64,000 nucleotides of DNA, from positions 64,001 through 128,000 of the forward strand of contig JBEKTQ010000007.1 of NCBI GenBank assembly GCA_049515895.1, read 5' to 3'. The notes beneath the pieces were generated by a model. It saw nothing but the letters and a program-made list of their open reading frames with translations. It had not been told where the DNA came from and did not search any database. The stretch comes from Candidatus Bathyarchaeia archaeon. GTDB lineage: Archaea; Thermoproteota; Bathyarchaeia; Bathyarchaeales; Bathycorpusculaceae. The translations under genes were made by a program, and so were the position numbers. Of this stretch, positions 49,300 through 59,445 are shown one piece after another (positions within the stretch are counted from its first letter, which is position 1; every line of letters begins with the position of its first letter).

Positions 49300-50547
49300 A
49301 TGGAAAAAACTGGTCCAAACAGAACAATTGTCGTTAAATTTGGTGGTTCTAGCCTAGCGGATCACGAGAGGCTTTTAAAAGCGGTGGTTGCCGTGGTTGA
49401 TGAAGCCAAGAAGGGCACACGGGTCGCTGTCGTGGTATCGGCTATGGGTAAAACGACAGACGTTCTTATGACGACTGCGAAGAACGCTTCCAACGGGAAG
49501 CTGGAGAAGAAAGACCTTGACGACATCCTGTCGATGGGTGAGCGGACCAGCATCAGAATCTTCTCCACAGCGCTTAGAACCAATGGAGCAGAGTCCTGCT
49601 ACTTTGACCCGATCGACAGCAACTGGCCAATAATAACTGATTCAGCCTTCCAAAACGCTAACCCGATCCTCAAGGACTGCGAAAGAAACATCCGAGAATG
49701 TGTTCTGCCACTAGTGGAAAAAGGCACTATTCCCGTCGTGGCAGGTTTCTTGGGCAAAACCAAGGACGGGAAAATCACAACTCTGGGCAGAGGTGGAAGC
49801 GACACAACCGCGTTTGTCCTAGCCGAAGCGCTTGGAGCGGACGAAATTATCTTGGTGACTGACGCAGACGGCATAATGTCAGCAGACCCAAAAATGCTCT
49901 CCAACGTCGAGCGCCTCAAAGAAATCGACGTAAACACGCTGGTGGGACTCGCCGATTCTGGAGCTAAATTCATTCACAGCAAAGCACTAAAGTACAAACC
50001 CAAAAACATTAACGTCCGCGTCATCAACCATTCCCGCGGCAGCCTGTCGGAAGAAGGCACCTTAATCACAGGTGGATTGGCCACGGAACTTGACGCTGAA
50101 ATCGCGCATCCTTTCCCAGTTGCCGAAATCACCGTGATAGGAAACGGCATCTCGGCTAACCCGCAAATCATTCAGGAAATGGTTGAGGAAGCCAAGAGGC
50201 ACTCGCGTCTCTTGGGCATGTCAATGAACACAAACTCCGTAATCATTTATGTTTCAGAAGAGAAGAACTTGGAAGGGCTCTTCAACGACGTCCACAACAT
50301 AACAAAGAGCAACAAGGAAACCATCGCAATGGCCGTCAAAAAAGACCTTGTTTTCATAAAAACAAGCGGCGTCGGCTTAGAAGAGACCCACGGGATCATC
50401 GGAAAGATCAGCGAAGACCTGCGGCTCAGCGGCATAAACATTTCAGGCATACTAACAATAACATCAAGCATTCTTCTCTTTCTCGATTGGAACGAACGGG
50501 AAAAAGCCCTCAAACTAATTAAAAACTCTTTAAGGAGCGCTAAGTAA
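49300..50547 (+). CDS. lysC: Aspartate kinase
   Basis: VKFGGSS, VVSAMG, TTLGRGGSD, ADP motifs; C-terminal ACT-like region. Confidence 0.95.
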   Translation: MEKTGPNRTIVVKFGGSSLADHERLLKAVVAVVDEAKKGTRVAVVVSAMGKTTDVLMTTAKNASNGKLEKKDLDDILSMGERTSIRIFSTALRTNGAESCYFDPIDSNWPIITDSAFQNANPILKDCERNIRECVLPLVEKGTIPVVAGFLGKTKDGKITTLGRGGSDTTAFVLAEALGADEIILVTDADGIMSADPKMLSNVERLKEIDVNTLVGLADSGAKFIHSKALKYKPKNINVRVINHSRGSLSEEGTLITGGLATELDAEIAHPFPVAEITVIGNGISANPQIIQEMVEEAKRHSRLLGMSMNTNSVIIYVSEEKNLEGLFNDVHNITKSNKETIAMAVKKDLVFIKTSGVGLEETHGIIGKISEDLRLSGINISGILTITSSILLFLDWNEREKALKLIKNSLRSAK

Positions 50548-50556
50548 GGTGAAAAT

Positions 50557-51348
50557 ATGAACCAAGGAAAAACCCGAAGACTAAAAAGAATAATGCAGCA
50601 AGACAACCGCACAGTAATTGTTCCCATGGACCACGGCGTAACAGTCGGACCCATCCAGGGCTTAACCAACATGCAACAAATAATCGACCAGCTTGTCAAA
50701 GGCGGGGTTGATGCCGTGCTTGTCCACAAAGGCATCGCTAAACACACTGACGCTGGAAATGTAGGATTAATCGTAATGCTGTCTGGTATGTCAAACCTCA
50801 GCCCAAACGTAAACGGCAAAGTCCAAGTCTGCAGCGTCAAAGAAGCTATACGTTTAGGGGCAGATGCGGTTTCAGTACATGTTAACATCGGCGCGCAAGA
50901 CGAGGATAAAATGATTCAAAATCTTGGTAGCGTAGCTGACGAATGTGACGTTTACGGGATGCCATTGCTTGCGATGATGTATCCACGGGGACCCAAAATA
51001 CAGAATGAACATGCAGCCGACGTGGTTGCTCACGCCGCACGCATAGGTGCTGAACTTGGTGCGGACATTATCAAAGCAAACTTCACAGGAAACATAGAAA
51101 CCTTCAAAACCGTAGTAGAAAGCTGCCCCGTTCCGCTGGTGATCGCAGGAGGACCAAAATGCAAAACCTCCGAGGAAGTTCTGCAAACCACACGCGACGC
51201 CATTTCAGCCGGAGCAGCAGGGCTTTCCATCGGGCGCAACGTTTTCCAGCACGAAAATCCAACATTAATTGTTAAAGCGCTTTCAGCTATCGTTCATGGC
51301 AACGTAAGCGTGGAAGAAGCGCTGAAAATCGTCGGTGAAAAAGCTTGA
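50557..51348 (+). CDS. aroA': 2-amino-3,7-dideoxy-D-threo-hept-6-ulosonate (ADH) synthase
   Basis: DhnA-type aldolase PMDHG, YPRG, ELGADIIK, GRNVFQ; adjacent to aroB'. Confidence 0.92.
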   Translation: MNQGKTRRLKRIMQQDNRTVIVPMDHGVTVGPIQGLTNMQQIIDQLVKGGVDAVLVHKGIAKHTDAGNVGLIVMLSGMSNLSPNVNGKVQVCSVKEAIRLGADAVSVHVNIGAQDEDKMIQNLGSVADECDVYGMPLLAMMYPRGPKIQNEHAADVVAHAARIGAELGADIIKANFTGNIETFKTVVESCPVPLVIAGGPKCKTSEEVLQTTRDAISAGAAGLSIGRNVFQHENPTLIVKALSAIVHGNVSVEEALKIVGEKA

Positions 51349-52388
51349 AGGAACTGTGGGTAGAAATTGAACCTGCGGCTTCACCGCAAGAAAAAGAAAA
51401 CTTGCTTGGCACCGCATATGAAAATGCAGATGTGGTCCTAGAAGGTACCCAAGCGAGCACCCGTAACGGCAAACTTGACGTGACATTTCTCGCCGAGCTT
51501 TCCGAGAAGAAGATTTCCCAAGCCAAAAATGAAGGCAGAAAAACCGCGGCCAAATTCAACATAACTGGGAAAGAAGACGAAAACCGCGCTGCTAAAGCGG
51601 CTGAACTGGGGGTTGATTATATAATCATCAACACGTTGGACTGGAGGGTCATTCCTCTGGAGAACTTAATTGCGAAGGCGCATGGAGGCAAAAGCAAGCT
51701 TATCGCTGAAGTTGCGACGGCACAGGACGCCAAAGTGGTTCTTGAGGCGTTGGAGCTGGGAACAGACGGTGTTCTGCTTAAAACTTCAAACCCAAATGAG
51801 CTTGCCAAAACTGTGAAGCTCGTCAAAGGGCAAATGCCTAAGGTAGCGTTGACAATAGCTAAGGTTCTGTCTATACAGCCCATCGGTACAGGAGCAAGGG
51901 TTTGCGTTGACACTGTTGATTTGATGGTTCCAGGCGAAGGAATGCTTGTCGGCTGCCAATCTGCAGGGTTCTTTTTGGTCGAGGCTGAGGTGAACGAGAA
52001 CCCATATGTGCAATCTCGACCTTTCCGAGTAAACGCTGGACCAGCATCACACTACACTTTAACGTCGCTTCAGAGTACTCGGTACCTCTCCGAACTGAAG
52101 GCTGGAGACGAAGTCTTAATCATAAACAGGGAAGGAAAAGTAAGAATAACGAACGTAGGAAGATCAAAAATCGAGTTCCGACCGCTCATCTTAATTGAGG
52201 CGCAAGCGGACGAAACAAAAATCAAAGCAATACTGCAAAACGCAGAAACCATCCGTCTCGTCACGCCAAAAGCCTCCAAACCCGTGACGGAACTCAAAGT
52301 AAGCGACGAGGTCTTGGTGCATTTGGCTGCAAAAGGGGGCAGGCACTTCGGCGTTTCCGTGCCTGAAGAAACGGTGATTGAAAGGTGA
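51345..52388 (+). CDS. aroB': 3-dehydroquinate synthase II
   Basis: DWRVIPLENLIA, RVCVDT, RPFRVNAG, QNAETIRL, GRHFG. Confidence 0.96.
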   Translation: MKELWVEIEPAASPQEKENLLGTAYENADVVLEGTQASTRNGKLDVTFLAELSEKKISQAKNEGRKTAAKFNITGKEDENRAAKAAELGVDYIIINTLDWRVIPLENLIAKAHGGKSKLIAEVATAQDAKVVLEALELGTDGVLLKTSNPNELAKTVKLVKGQMPKVALTIAKVLSIQPIGTGARVCVDTVDLMVPGEGMLVGCQSAGFFLVEAEVNENPYVQSRPFRVNAGPASHYTLTSLQSTRYLSELKAGDEVLIINREGKVRITNVGRSKIEFRPLILIEAQADETKIKAILQNAETIRLVTPKASKPVTELKVSDEVLVHLAAKGGRHFGVSVPEETVIER

Positions 52389-53068
52389 CTTTGAGAATCT
52401 GCGTTTCAATCCTACCAGAAAATAGTCTTCAAGCCCTAACGCTCATCAGGAAGGCGGAAAAAGCCAAAGCAGACCTCATCGAAGTCAGGTTGGATCGTCT
52501 TGAAACGACCACACACTTGAGGGAACTTGTCCAGAGCACAAAAATCCCCCTAATAGCAACGCACAAACTGACGAGCGAAAAAGGTTTTTTCTCCGGGACA
52601 GAGGCCCAAAGGCAACAGAGCCTTCTGAACGCAGCCGAAAGTGGTTTCGAATACGTTGACGTTGACGTGTCAAGCCCAAACCGCCAAGAAACAATCGATA
52701 AACTCAAACAGTTGGGAGTTAAACCAATCGTTTCCCACCACAAATTCGATGGCACATTAAGCCGTTCCGCTATGGAGAAGGTTCTGGAGCAGGAAATCTT
52801 GTGCGGCGCCTGCATATGCAAAATCGTTGCAACCGCCAAGAAAATCGAGGATAACCTGACGGTACTCAATTTTGTCGCTTCCCATTCAAGTAAGGCTAAA
52901 CTTGTCTGTTTCTGCATGGGCGAAGTAGGTAAAGTTTCAAGGATTCTTTCACCGATGTTCGGCGCCTTCTTCACTTTTGCTTCGCTTGAACAGGGCAGCG
53001 AAACCGCGAAAGGGCAAATCTCCATAGGCGAAATGAAGGCTGCTTTCGACCTCCTAGGAGCGCCTTAA
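52385..53068 (+). CDS. aroD: Type I 3-dehydroquinate dehydratase
   Basis: EVRLD, VSHH, CKIV, MGEVG..SR, GQ. Confidence 0.93.
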   Translation: MTLRICVSILPENSLQALTLIRKAEKAKADLIEVRLDRLETTTHLRELVQSTKIPLIATHKLTSEKGFFSGTEAQRQQSLLNAAESGFEYVDVDVSSPNRQETIDKLKQLGVKPIVSHHKFDGTLSRSAMEKVLEQEILCGACICKIVATAKKIEDNLTVLNFVASHSSKAKLVCFCMGEVGKVSRILSPMFGAFFTFASLEQGSETAKGQISIGEMKAAFDLLGAP

Positions 53069-53069
53069 G

Positions 53070-53936
53070 ATGGCGGTTTCAGGAAAAACTAAAGTTTTCG
53101 GAGTAATCGGCGACCCTGTAGAGCACAGTCTAAGCCCGGTCATTCAGAACGCGGCGCTTGCAGCCTCGAAATTAGACTGCACATTCTTAGCCTTTAAAGT
53201 AAAATCCACAGCGGTCGGGAAAGCAATGGACGGTATGCGAGCGTTTGGCATTCAAGGGCTTAACGTTACAATGCCCCATAAAACCGCGGTTCTCAACTTT
53301 CTTGACGAAGTTCACCAGACCGCCAGGGCGCTAAAGGCAGTTAACACGGTAAAGAACGAGAGCGACAAACTCTTAGGCTTCAACACTGACGGCACCGGTG
53401 CAATGTCTGCTTTGAGAGAAAACGGCGTTGAGCCAAAAGGCAAAAAAGTAATGTTGCTTGGAGCAGGTGGTGCTGCAAGAGCTATAGCCTTCGTTCTCGC
53501 GGATCAGGTGGATGAGCTTTCAATTTTGAATCGGACAATTCAGCCAGCCGCGGAGTTAGCAGATTTAATAAAGGAAAGGTTCAACAGCAAAGTTGTTGCG
53601 TACGCTCTTTCCCCGTTAACGCTTAAGGCAAATCTAGCTGATGCTGACCTGCTGATTAACGCCACTTCAATCGGAATGAAATCGAACGCCAATAAAACCC
53701 TGATAGTCCCAAAATGGCTCAAGCCTGACTTGGCTGTGATGGACATAGTGTATGACCCGATAGAGACTAAACTAGCGAAAAATGCGAGGGCTGCGGGCGC
53801 CAAAGTGGTCAGTGGGGTTGAAATGCTGATTTATCAGGGCGCTGCGTCGTTTGAAATCTGGACTGGCAGGAAGGCGCCAATTGAAGTTATGAGGAAAGCA
53901 GCGCTTAATCACTTGCAGAAGGTGCAGAAGAGTTGA
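53070..53936 (+). CDS. aroE: Shikimate dehydrogenase
   Basis: HSLSP, NVTMPHK, NTDG, GAGGAA, MLIYQG. Confidence 0.97.
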   Translation: MAVSGKTKVFGVIGDPVEHSLSPVIQNAALAASKLDCTFLAFKVKSTAVGKAMDGMRAFGIQGLNVTMPHKTAVLNFLDEVHQTARALKAVNTVKNESDKLLGFNTDGTGAMSALRENGVEPKGKKVMLLGAGGAARAIAFVLADQVDELSILNRTIQPAAELADLIKERFNSKVVAYALSPLTLKANLADADLLINATSIGMKSNANKTLIVPKWLKPDLAVMDIVYDPIETKLAKNARAAGAKVVSGVEMLIYQGAASFEIWTGRKAPIEVMRKAALNHLQKVQKS

Positions 53937-54802
53937 CGGGGCAAGCTTCAGCTGTAGCACATGGCGCGGCGACGATTGTTAATGCAATGGCGCTCGGCAA
54001 AGGCGCCGCTTTCGGAGTTGACTTGTTCACGAAAGCGAAAGTGGAATTGACTGAAGAGCCAACAGTTGTCAAGGCAGAGATAGCTTCTGACCCGAAAGAA
54101 AGCAACGTTCTGGTGAAGAAAACCGTTGAGCGGGTTCTCCAGCGTTTCAAGATGGAAAAGAGATTCGGCGCTAAAGTTAAAACTTGGTCAAACATCCCCA
54201 TCGCCAAAGGGCTCAAAAGTAGCAGTGCAGCAGCAAACGCGGTCGCCCTGGCAACCACGGCGGCGCTGGGGAAAACGCTGGATGACTTGGAAATTATCAA
54301 CTTAGGTGTAGACTCCGCTTTCGACGCGAAAGTGACGGTTACTGGCGCTTTTGACGATGCATGCGCATCATATTTAGGCGGGATAATTGTCACTGATAAC
54401 TTAGAACGGAAAATCGTGGGGCGGTTGGCGCTACCCGAAGATCTAGTTGTGCTTTTTCTTGTTCCTCCCCAAAAAGCTTATTCTGCTGACTCAAACGTTG
54501 AAAGGCTGAGAACTGTGAAGCCGCTTGTTCAAGTTGCTTACGAGAAGGTTTTAGGGGGTAGGTTCTGGGAGGCTTTGACGCTTAATGGTTTAATTTACTC
54601 CTCTGTCTCTGGGTATGATCCCTCGATCGCGATTGACGCGTTGGCGGCTGGAGCAGTGGCGGCTGGGCTTTGCGGTAAAGGACCGGCAGTTACGGCAGTC
54701 ACAACTAAAGACAAGGTTGATTCGGTGAAGGCTGCATTTCAAAAATTCGACGGCATAGTCTTGCAAGCCCGCTTCAACAAGGAAAAGGCAACGGTGATTT
54801 AG
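53933..54802 (+). CDS. aroK: Archaeal (GHMP-type) shikimate kinase
   Basis: GAATIVNA, GLKSSSA, TGAFDDACAS. Confidence 0.96.
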   Translation: MTGQASAVAHGAATIVNAMALGKGAAFGVDLFTKAKVELTEEPTVVKAEIASDPKESNVLVKKTVERVLQRFKMEKRFGAKVKTWSNIPIAKGLKSSSAAANAVALATTAALGKTLDDLEIINLGVDSAFDAKVTVTGAFDDACASYLGGIIVTDNLERKIVGRLALPEDLVVLFLVPPQKAYSADSNVERLRTVKPLVQVAYEKVLGGRFWEALTLNGLIYSSVSGYDPSIAIDALAAGAVAAGLCGKGPAVTAVTTKDKVDSVKAAFQKFDGIVLQARFNKEKATVI

Positions 54803-54804
54803 CA

Positions 54805-56109
54805 ATGGCGGATGTAATCGTTAAAAAGTCTGAAAAATTAAGCGGCGAAGTATGCGCTCCCCCTTCAAAATCTTACACTCAGCGAATGCTCATCGCAGCG
54901 TCTCTCTCAAACGGGACTGGAAAAGTTTCAAATCCGCTTCTTTCCGAAGATACAGAAGCCACTTTGCGCGCGATAACCGCATTAGGTGCAGAAACGAGTT
55001 TTGAGGAAAACTGCTGGGTCATTAAAGGCGCTGTGCCTATTCAAAACGCGAAAGCACCAATTGATTGCGGAGAATCCGGAGCTACAATACGTTTCATGAT
55101 ACCTGTGGCTGCCCTGGCAAGTGACCCCTCAATCCTGATCTTCCGTGGGTCTCTTGACCGCAGACCCATCGAACCTTTGATTAAAAGCCTAGACGACTTG
55201 GGCGCAAAGGTTCACTCGAAAAAATTCGGCGACAAAGACGCCGTGGTTGTTGAAGGCGGGGGAATTCTTGGAGGACAAACCTCTATTTCAGGTGGTGTAA
55301 GTTCGCAGTTTATTTCGGGGTTGCTTTTTGCGTGCCCGATGGCTAAGGTTGAAACTGAAATAGTCTTCGAATCCCCATTGGAGTCCGCTGACTATGTTAA
55401 GATGACTTTGGATGTGCTTTCGAAGCATGGAATCAGAGTGGACGTTTATGGCAATTTCGAACGCATCTTAATCCCAGCCAACCAAACCTTCAAAACCATT
55501 GACTGCCGGGTGCCTGGCGACTTTTCTTCAGCCGCATTTCTTTTTGCAGCCGCAGCTGTCACCAAGTCGAAAGTGCAGGTAAACGATCTTGATTACGGGA
55601 GCGTTCAAGGCGACAAAGCAATTCTGAGCATCCTAAAACAGATGGGTGTAGCCGGCAAAGTGTGTGAAAACAGCGTTGAAATAGACGGCACGGGTAGCTC
55701 GCTTGAGCCATTAAATCTTGATGCAAAAAACATCCCTGACCTTGTCCCGGTATGCGCAGCTTTGGCATGCTTCGCAAATGGGACCTCGAAAATAACAGGC
55801 GCGCAAAGGCTCAGGCTCAAGGAATCAGATAGGCTGCAATCCCTCTATAGTGAGTTCACAAAGATGGGGGCAGAAATTGAAGTAGATTCGAACAGTCTAA
55901 CCGTGAGGGGCACCTCTGCTTTGCACGGCGCCACAATTGACCCTCATAACGACCATCGTATAGCGATGGCTTGCGCGATTGCAGCTCTATGCGCGGAAAA
56001 CCAAACTATTATTCAAAATGCCCAGTGTGTCAGAAAGTCTTATCCACAGTTCTTCACTCATCTGAAACAGTTAGGAGCGGAAATTGTTGGCGGGAAATTC
56101 GACGGGTAA
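54805..56109 (+). CDS. aroA: EPSP synthase
   Basis: PPSKS, GESG, SSQFISG, KESDR, DHRIAMA, KSYP. Confidence 0.97.
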   Translation: MADVIVKKSEKLSGEVCAPPSKSYTQRMLIAASLSNGTGKVSNPLLSEDTEATLRAITALGAETSFEENCWVIKGAVPIQNAKAPIDCGESGATIRFMIPVAALASDPSILIFRGSLDRRPIEPLIKSLDDLGAKVHSKKFGDKDAVVVEGGGILGGQTSISGGVSSQFISGLLFACPMAKVETEIVFESPLESADYVKMTLDVLSKHGIRVDVYGNFERILIPANQTFKTIDCRVPGDFSSAAFLFAAAAVTKSKVQVNDLDYGSVQGDKAILSILKQMGVAGKVCENSVEIDGTGSSLEPLNLDAKNIPDLVPVCAALACFANGTSKITGAQRLRLKESDRLQSLYSEFTKMGAEIEVDSNSLTVRGTSALHGATIDPHNDHRIAMACAIAALCAENQTIIQNAQCVRKSYPQFFTHLKQLGAEIVGGKFDG

Positions 56110-57202
56110 AGAATTCACAGTTACCACTTTCGGCGAAAGCCACGGCAAAGTCGTCGGCGTCATAGTGGACGGTTGCCCTGCAGGTTTGCCTCTTTCTGAA
56201 GCAGACATTCAAGCGGAGCTGGACAGACGCGTACCAGCAGATACCCGAATCGTTTCTGCAAGAATCGAAAGAGACGTGCCCAAAATTCTTTCGGGCGTTT
56301 TCAACTCGGTTACCACTGGCGCTCCAATAGCCGTGACGGTTGAGAACAAGGATGTTGACTCCGCGGATTATGAGGCAATTAAAAATCTGCCAAGACCTGG
56401 GCATGCAGACTACCCCGCAAGCGTTAGGTACGGCGGCTTTAACGATTACCGCGGAGGCGGACGCTTCAGCGGTAGAGTCACTGTGGCGTTAATAATGGCC
56501 GGAGCCATAGCGAAAAAACTTCTGAGCCGTTTCGACGGGGACGTTTTAGCCTACACAAGAACCATAGGCAAAATCAGAAGCGACAAGAAGTTTAGCACTG
56601 AAGAAATCCGAAAGAACCGCTACGTGGCCTCTTCTAGATGCCCCGATTTGGCATGCGCAGGAAGAATGGAGGAAGCCATTGTTGACGCGCGAAAAGAGGG
56701 CGAAAGCCTCGGCGGCGTAGTTGAATGCCTTGCTCTGAACATACCAGTGGGGGTTGGGGACCCAATGTTTGATTCGCTCGACGCCGAGTTAGCCAAGGCA
56801 CTGTTTAACGTTCCTGCAGTCAAGGCAGTTGAATTCGGATTGGGCTTCGAACTCATCAAGATGAAAGGCTCAGAAAGCAATGACGCCTACGTCATGCAAA
56901 ACGGGAAAGTTGCTACTTCAACCGATAACATGGGCGGAATCTTAGGCGGCATATCCAACGGCATGCCAATCATCATGCGGGTAGCAATTAAACCGACGCC
57001 TTCCATCGGCCTAGAGCAGAAAACCGTTAACCTGACCACTATGGAAGATGCATCTCTCACAGTTAAGGGCAGACATGATCCATGTGTCGTTCCTAAAGCC
57101 GTGCCAGCCGTAGAAGCCGCAGTAGCCATAACGCTAGCTGACCACATGATTCGTTCTGGCTTCATACCGAAAGTCTTGGAGAGGAAAAAAATTGTTGGAT
57201 GA
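56084..57202 (+). CDS. aroC: Chorismate synthase
   Basis: TFGESHG, RPGHAD, GGGRFSGR, GGISNG, KPTPSI, GRHDPC. Confidence 0.98.
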   Translation: MLAGNSTGKEFTVTTFGESHGKVVGVIVDGCPAGLPLSEADIQAELDRRVPADTRIVSARIERDVPKILSGVFNSVTTGAPIAVTVENKDVDSADYEAIKNLPRPGHADYPASVRYGGFNDYRGGGRFSGRVTVALIMAGAIAKKLLSRFDGDVLAYTRTIGKIRSDKKFSTEEIRKNRYVASSRCPDLACAGRMEEAIVDARKEGESLGGVVECLALNIPVGVGDPMFDSLDAELAKALFNVPAVKAVEFGLGFELIKMKGSESNDAYVMQNGKVATSTDNMGGILGGISNGMPIIMRVAIKPTPSIGLEQKTVNLTTMEDASLTVKGRHDPCVVPKAVPAVEAAVAITLADHMIRSGFIPKVLERKKIVG

Positions 57203-57455
57203 ACTCGAACTGTACAGAAAACAGGTTGATCAAATTGACGATTTGATTTTGAAAGCGCTAACTGAAAGAGTCAAGATATGCATGGCCATCGGTTTAGTAA
57301 AGAAAAAACGGGGCATCCCAATAAAAGACCTCTCCAGAGAAAACGACGTTTACAGAAAAGTAAAAGACAATTCTGCCGAATTCGGCTTAGATTCACAGAA
57401 GCTTGAGGCAATCTACCGCGAAATAGTTAATATGTGCAGTGCAGTTCAAGAGTAA
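57192..57455 (+). CDS. Chorismate mutase (AroQ type)
   Basis: LELYRKQVDQID...ER...IGLVK...D.SRE. Confidence 0.92.
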   Translation: MLDELELYRKQVDQIDDLILKALTERVKICMAIGLVKKKRGIPIKDLSRENDVYRKVKDNSAEFGLDSQKLEAIYREIVNMCSAVQE

Positions 57456-57484
57456 GAAATAATCTAAAAGGAAAGTTCAAGGTA

Positions 57485-58564
57485 ATGCTCTACGAAATAA
57501 ACGAGAAAGCCATAAGACTCGAAAATCAAGGAAAGAAAATAATCCGCTTAAACCTAGGTGACCCTGACTTGGCTACGCCACCAGAAATTGTTGAGGCTGC
57601 GTACGCCGCGATGAAGGCTGGTAAAACAAAGTATTCTTCTGCTTACGGCGAGGAAAAACTAAGGCAGAAACTCGCTAAAATTCACGGAGTCAAAGCAGAA
57701 AATGTTGTTATTACTCCGGGTTCAAAATGGGGCGTCTTCGCCACTTTGTACCTGGCTATGAAGGCTAGAGGTAACATCATCATACCCACGCCTTACTGGA
57801 CAGCTTACGATTTAATGGCTAAAAGTCTCGGTGCCCAAACAAGACTGCTCCGGACCGAAATGGAAGACGGCTGGAAAGTTGATTTGGGCAAGCTCGAAAC
57901 TATGATTGACAAAGACACTCGGATGATAATACTCAACAACCCGAATAATCCGACAAGCAAAGTGATGGATTCCGAGACTTTAGACGGTATAGTGGAAATA
58001 GCCAACAAGAAAGGCGTAACCATACTCTCTGACGAAGTTTACGGTCCAATCAGTTTCATAAAGACAAAAAGCATCCTTGAATACGACGGCAACCACAATC
58101 ACATTCTTTCAAACGGGTTCTCAAAAATGTTCACCATGACGGGCTGGCGAATCGGCTATATCATCGCGAATAAGGCGCTCGTGGACAACATAACAAAGCT
58201 AAACCAAATTACCATAAACAACGTCCCAGTCTTCATACAAGAAGCAGCTCTAAAAGGGCTTGAAATGCAAAAGAACCTGACAAAAACCATTGAAAAAGAA
58301 TATGAAGAAAGGGCAAAGATAGCAAGCAAAACTTTGGCGAAAGCCGGCTTTTCCTTCACCGAACCCGAAGCACCATTCTACGTGTTCCCAAAGCTTAAAG
58401 GCTTAGACTCAGAAAAATTCACCCTAGACCTGCTTGACAAAGGCGTTGCAGTGGCTCCCGGAACATCCTTCGGTGACTACAGAGAGCACTTCCGCATCTC
58501 TTTGACAGCTCCCCGAGACGAAATAAAAATAGGGTTGGATAAAATCAGCGAGGCGCTCAAATGA
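57485..58564 (+). CDS. PLP-dependent class I/II (aspartate/aromatic) aminotransferase
   Basis: NNPNNPT, SDEVY, FSKMFTMTGWRIG. Confidence 0.95.
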   Translation: MLYEINEKAIRLENQGKKIIRLNLGDPDLATPPEIVEAAYAAMKAGKTKYSSAYGEEKLRQKLAKIHGVKAENVVITPGSKWGVFATLYLAMKARGNIIIPTPYWTAYDLMAKSLGAQTRLLRTEMEDGWKVDLGKLETMIDKDTRMIILNNPNNPTSKVMDSETLDGIVEIANKKGVTILSDEVYGPISFIKTKSILEYDGNHNHILSNGFSKMFTMTGWRIGYIIANKALVDNITKLNQITINNVPVFIQEAALKGLEMQKNLTKTIEKEYEERAKIASKTLAKAGFSFTEPEAPFYVFPKLKGLDSEKFTLDLLDKGVAVAPGTSFGDYREHFRISLTAPRDEIKIGLDKISEALK

Positions 58565-59436
58565 AAACCGCGGTTCTTGGCGCGGGAAAAATGGGTGTTT
58601 GGTTCGCAAAGTTTTGTAAGGAGAAAGGGGACAGCGTAATCCTCTCAGACAGGAAAGAGGAAAAGCTGTCAAAACTCGGAAAAGAGTTAGGTGTCGAAAC
58701 TACCACTGACTTCTCGAAAGCGGTTGAAGACGCAGACAGAATCATGATTTGCGTTTCACTAAGCAGCTTCGAAGAAGTGGTAAAAAAAATCGGCTCCAGC
58801 GTTCGCGACGGGCAAGCGGTTATGGATATCTGCTCAATCAAGGAGTACCCAGTTAAGGTTATGCATGATTATATCAAGCACGGCTTGGTGTTGGGTACTC
58901 ACCCCGTTTTTGGCCCAGGCAGCAAAGGCGTAAAACACAAAGCCTACGTTCTCACCCCCACAAATGCCAAGGAGGAGAAGTATGCCGAAGACTTCAAAGA
59001 GTGGCTGGAGAGTGAAGAAGCCCACGTTTTCGTAATGACACCCCAGAAACACGACCAACTCATGTCCGTCGTCCTAGGACTACCGCATTTCCTCGGATTA
59101 GTCGCTTGCGAAACCCTTCTTGATCAAAAGGCATTCACTGAAACTAAGCAATTGGCGGGGACGACTTACCGCATGCTTTTCACTTTGGCGGAAGCAACCG
59201 CGCTGGAAACTCCTGACCTTTACGCTAATTTGCAGATGAAGCTGCCTGGAATGGGAAAAATCGAAGACCTCTATATCTCCAAGGCTCAGGAATGGCTGGA
59301 TTTGATCAAGCAGAAGAATCCTCAGGCAATCATCGACAGGATGGAGCAACTTAAAGCTAAACTGCTGAAGGTTGATCCCGACTTCTCAGAATCATATGAA
59401 GTCATGTACAGAATGCTTGAAGCCACGGAGAAGTAA
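58561..59436 (+). CDS. tyrA: Prephenate dehydrogenase
   Basis: GAGKMG, DICSIK, HPVFGP, HDQLMS...LPH. Confidence 0.95.
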   Translation: MKTAVLGAGKMGVWFAKFCKEKGDSVILSDRKEEKLSKLGKELGVETTTDFSKAVEDADRIMICVSLSSFEEVVKKIGSSVRDGQAVMDICSIKEYPVKVMHDYIKHGLVLGTHPVFGPGSKGVKHKAYVLTPTNAKEEKYAEDFKEWLESEEAHVFVMTPQKHDQLMSVVLGLPHFLGLVACETLLDQKAFTETKQLAGTTYRMLFTLAEATALETPDLYANLQMKLPGMGKIEDLYISKAQEWLDLIKQKNPQAIIDRMEQLKAKLLKVDPDFSESYEVMYRMLEATEK

Positions 59437-59445
59437 CGAAAACAG

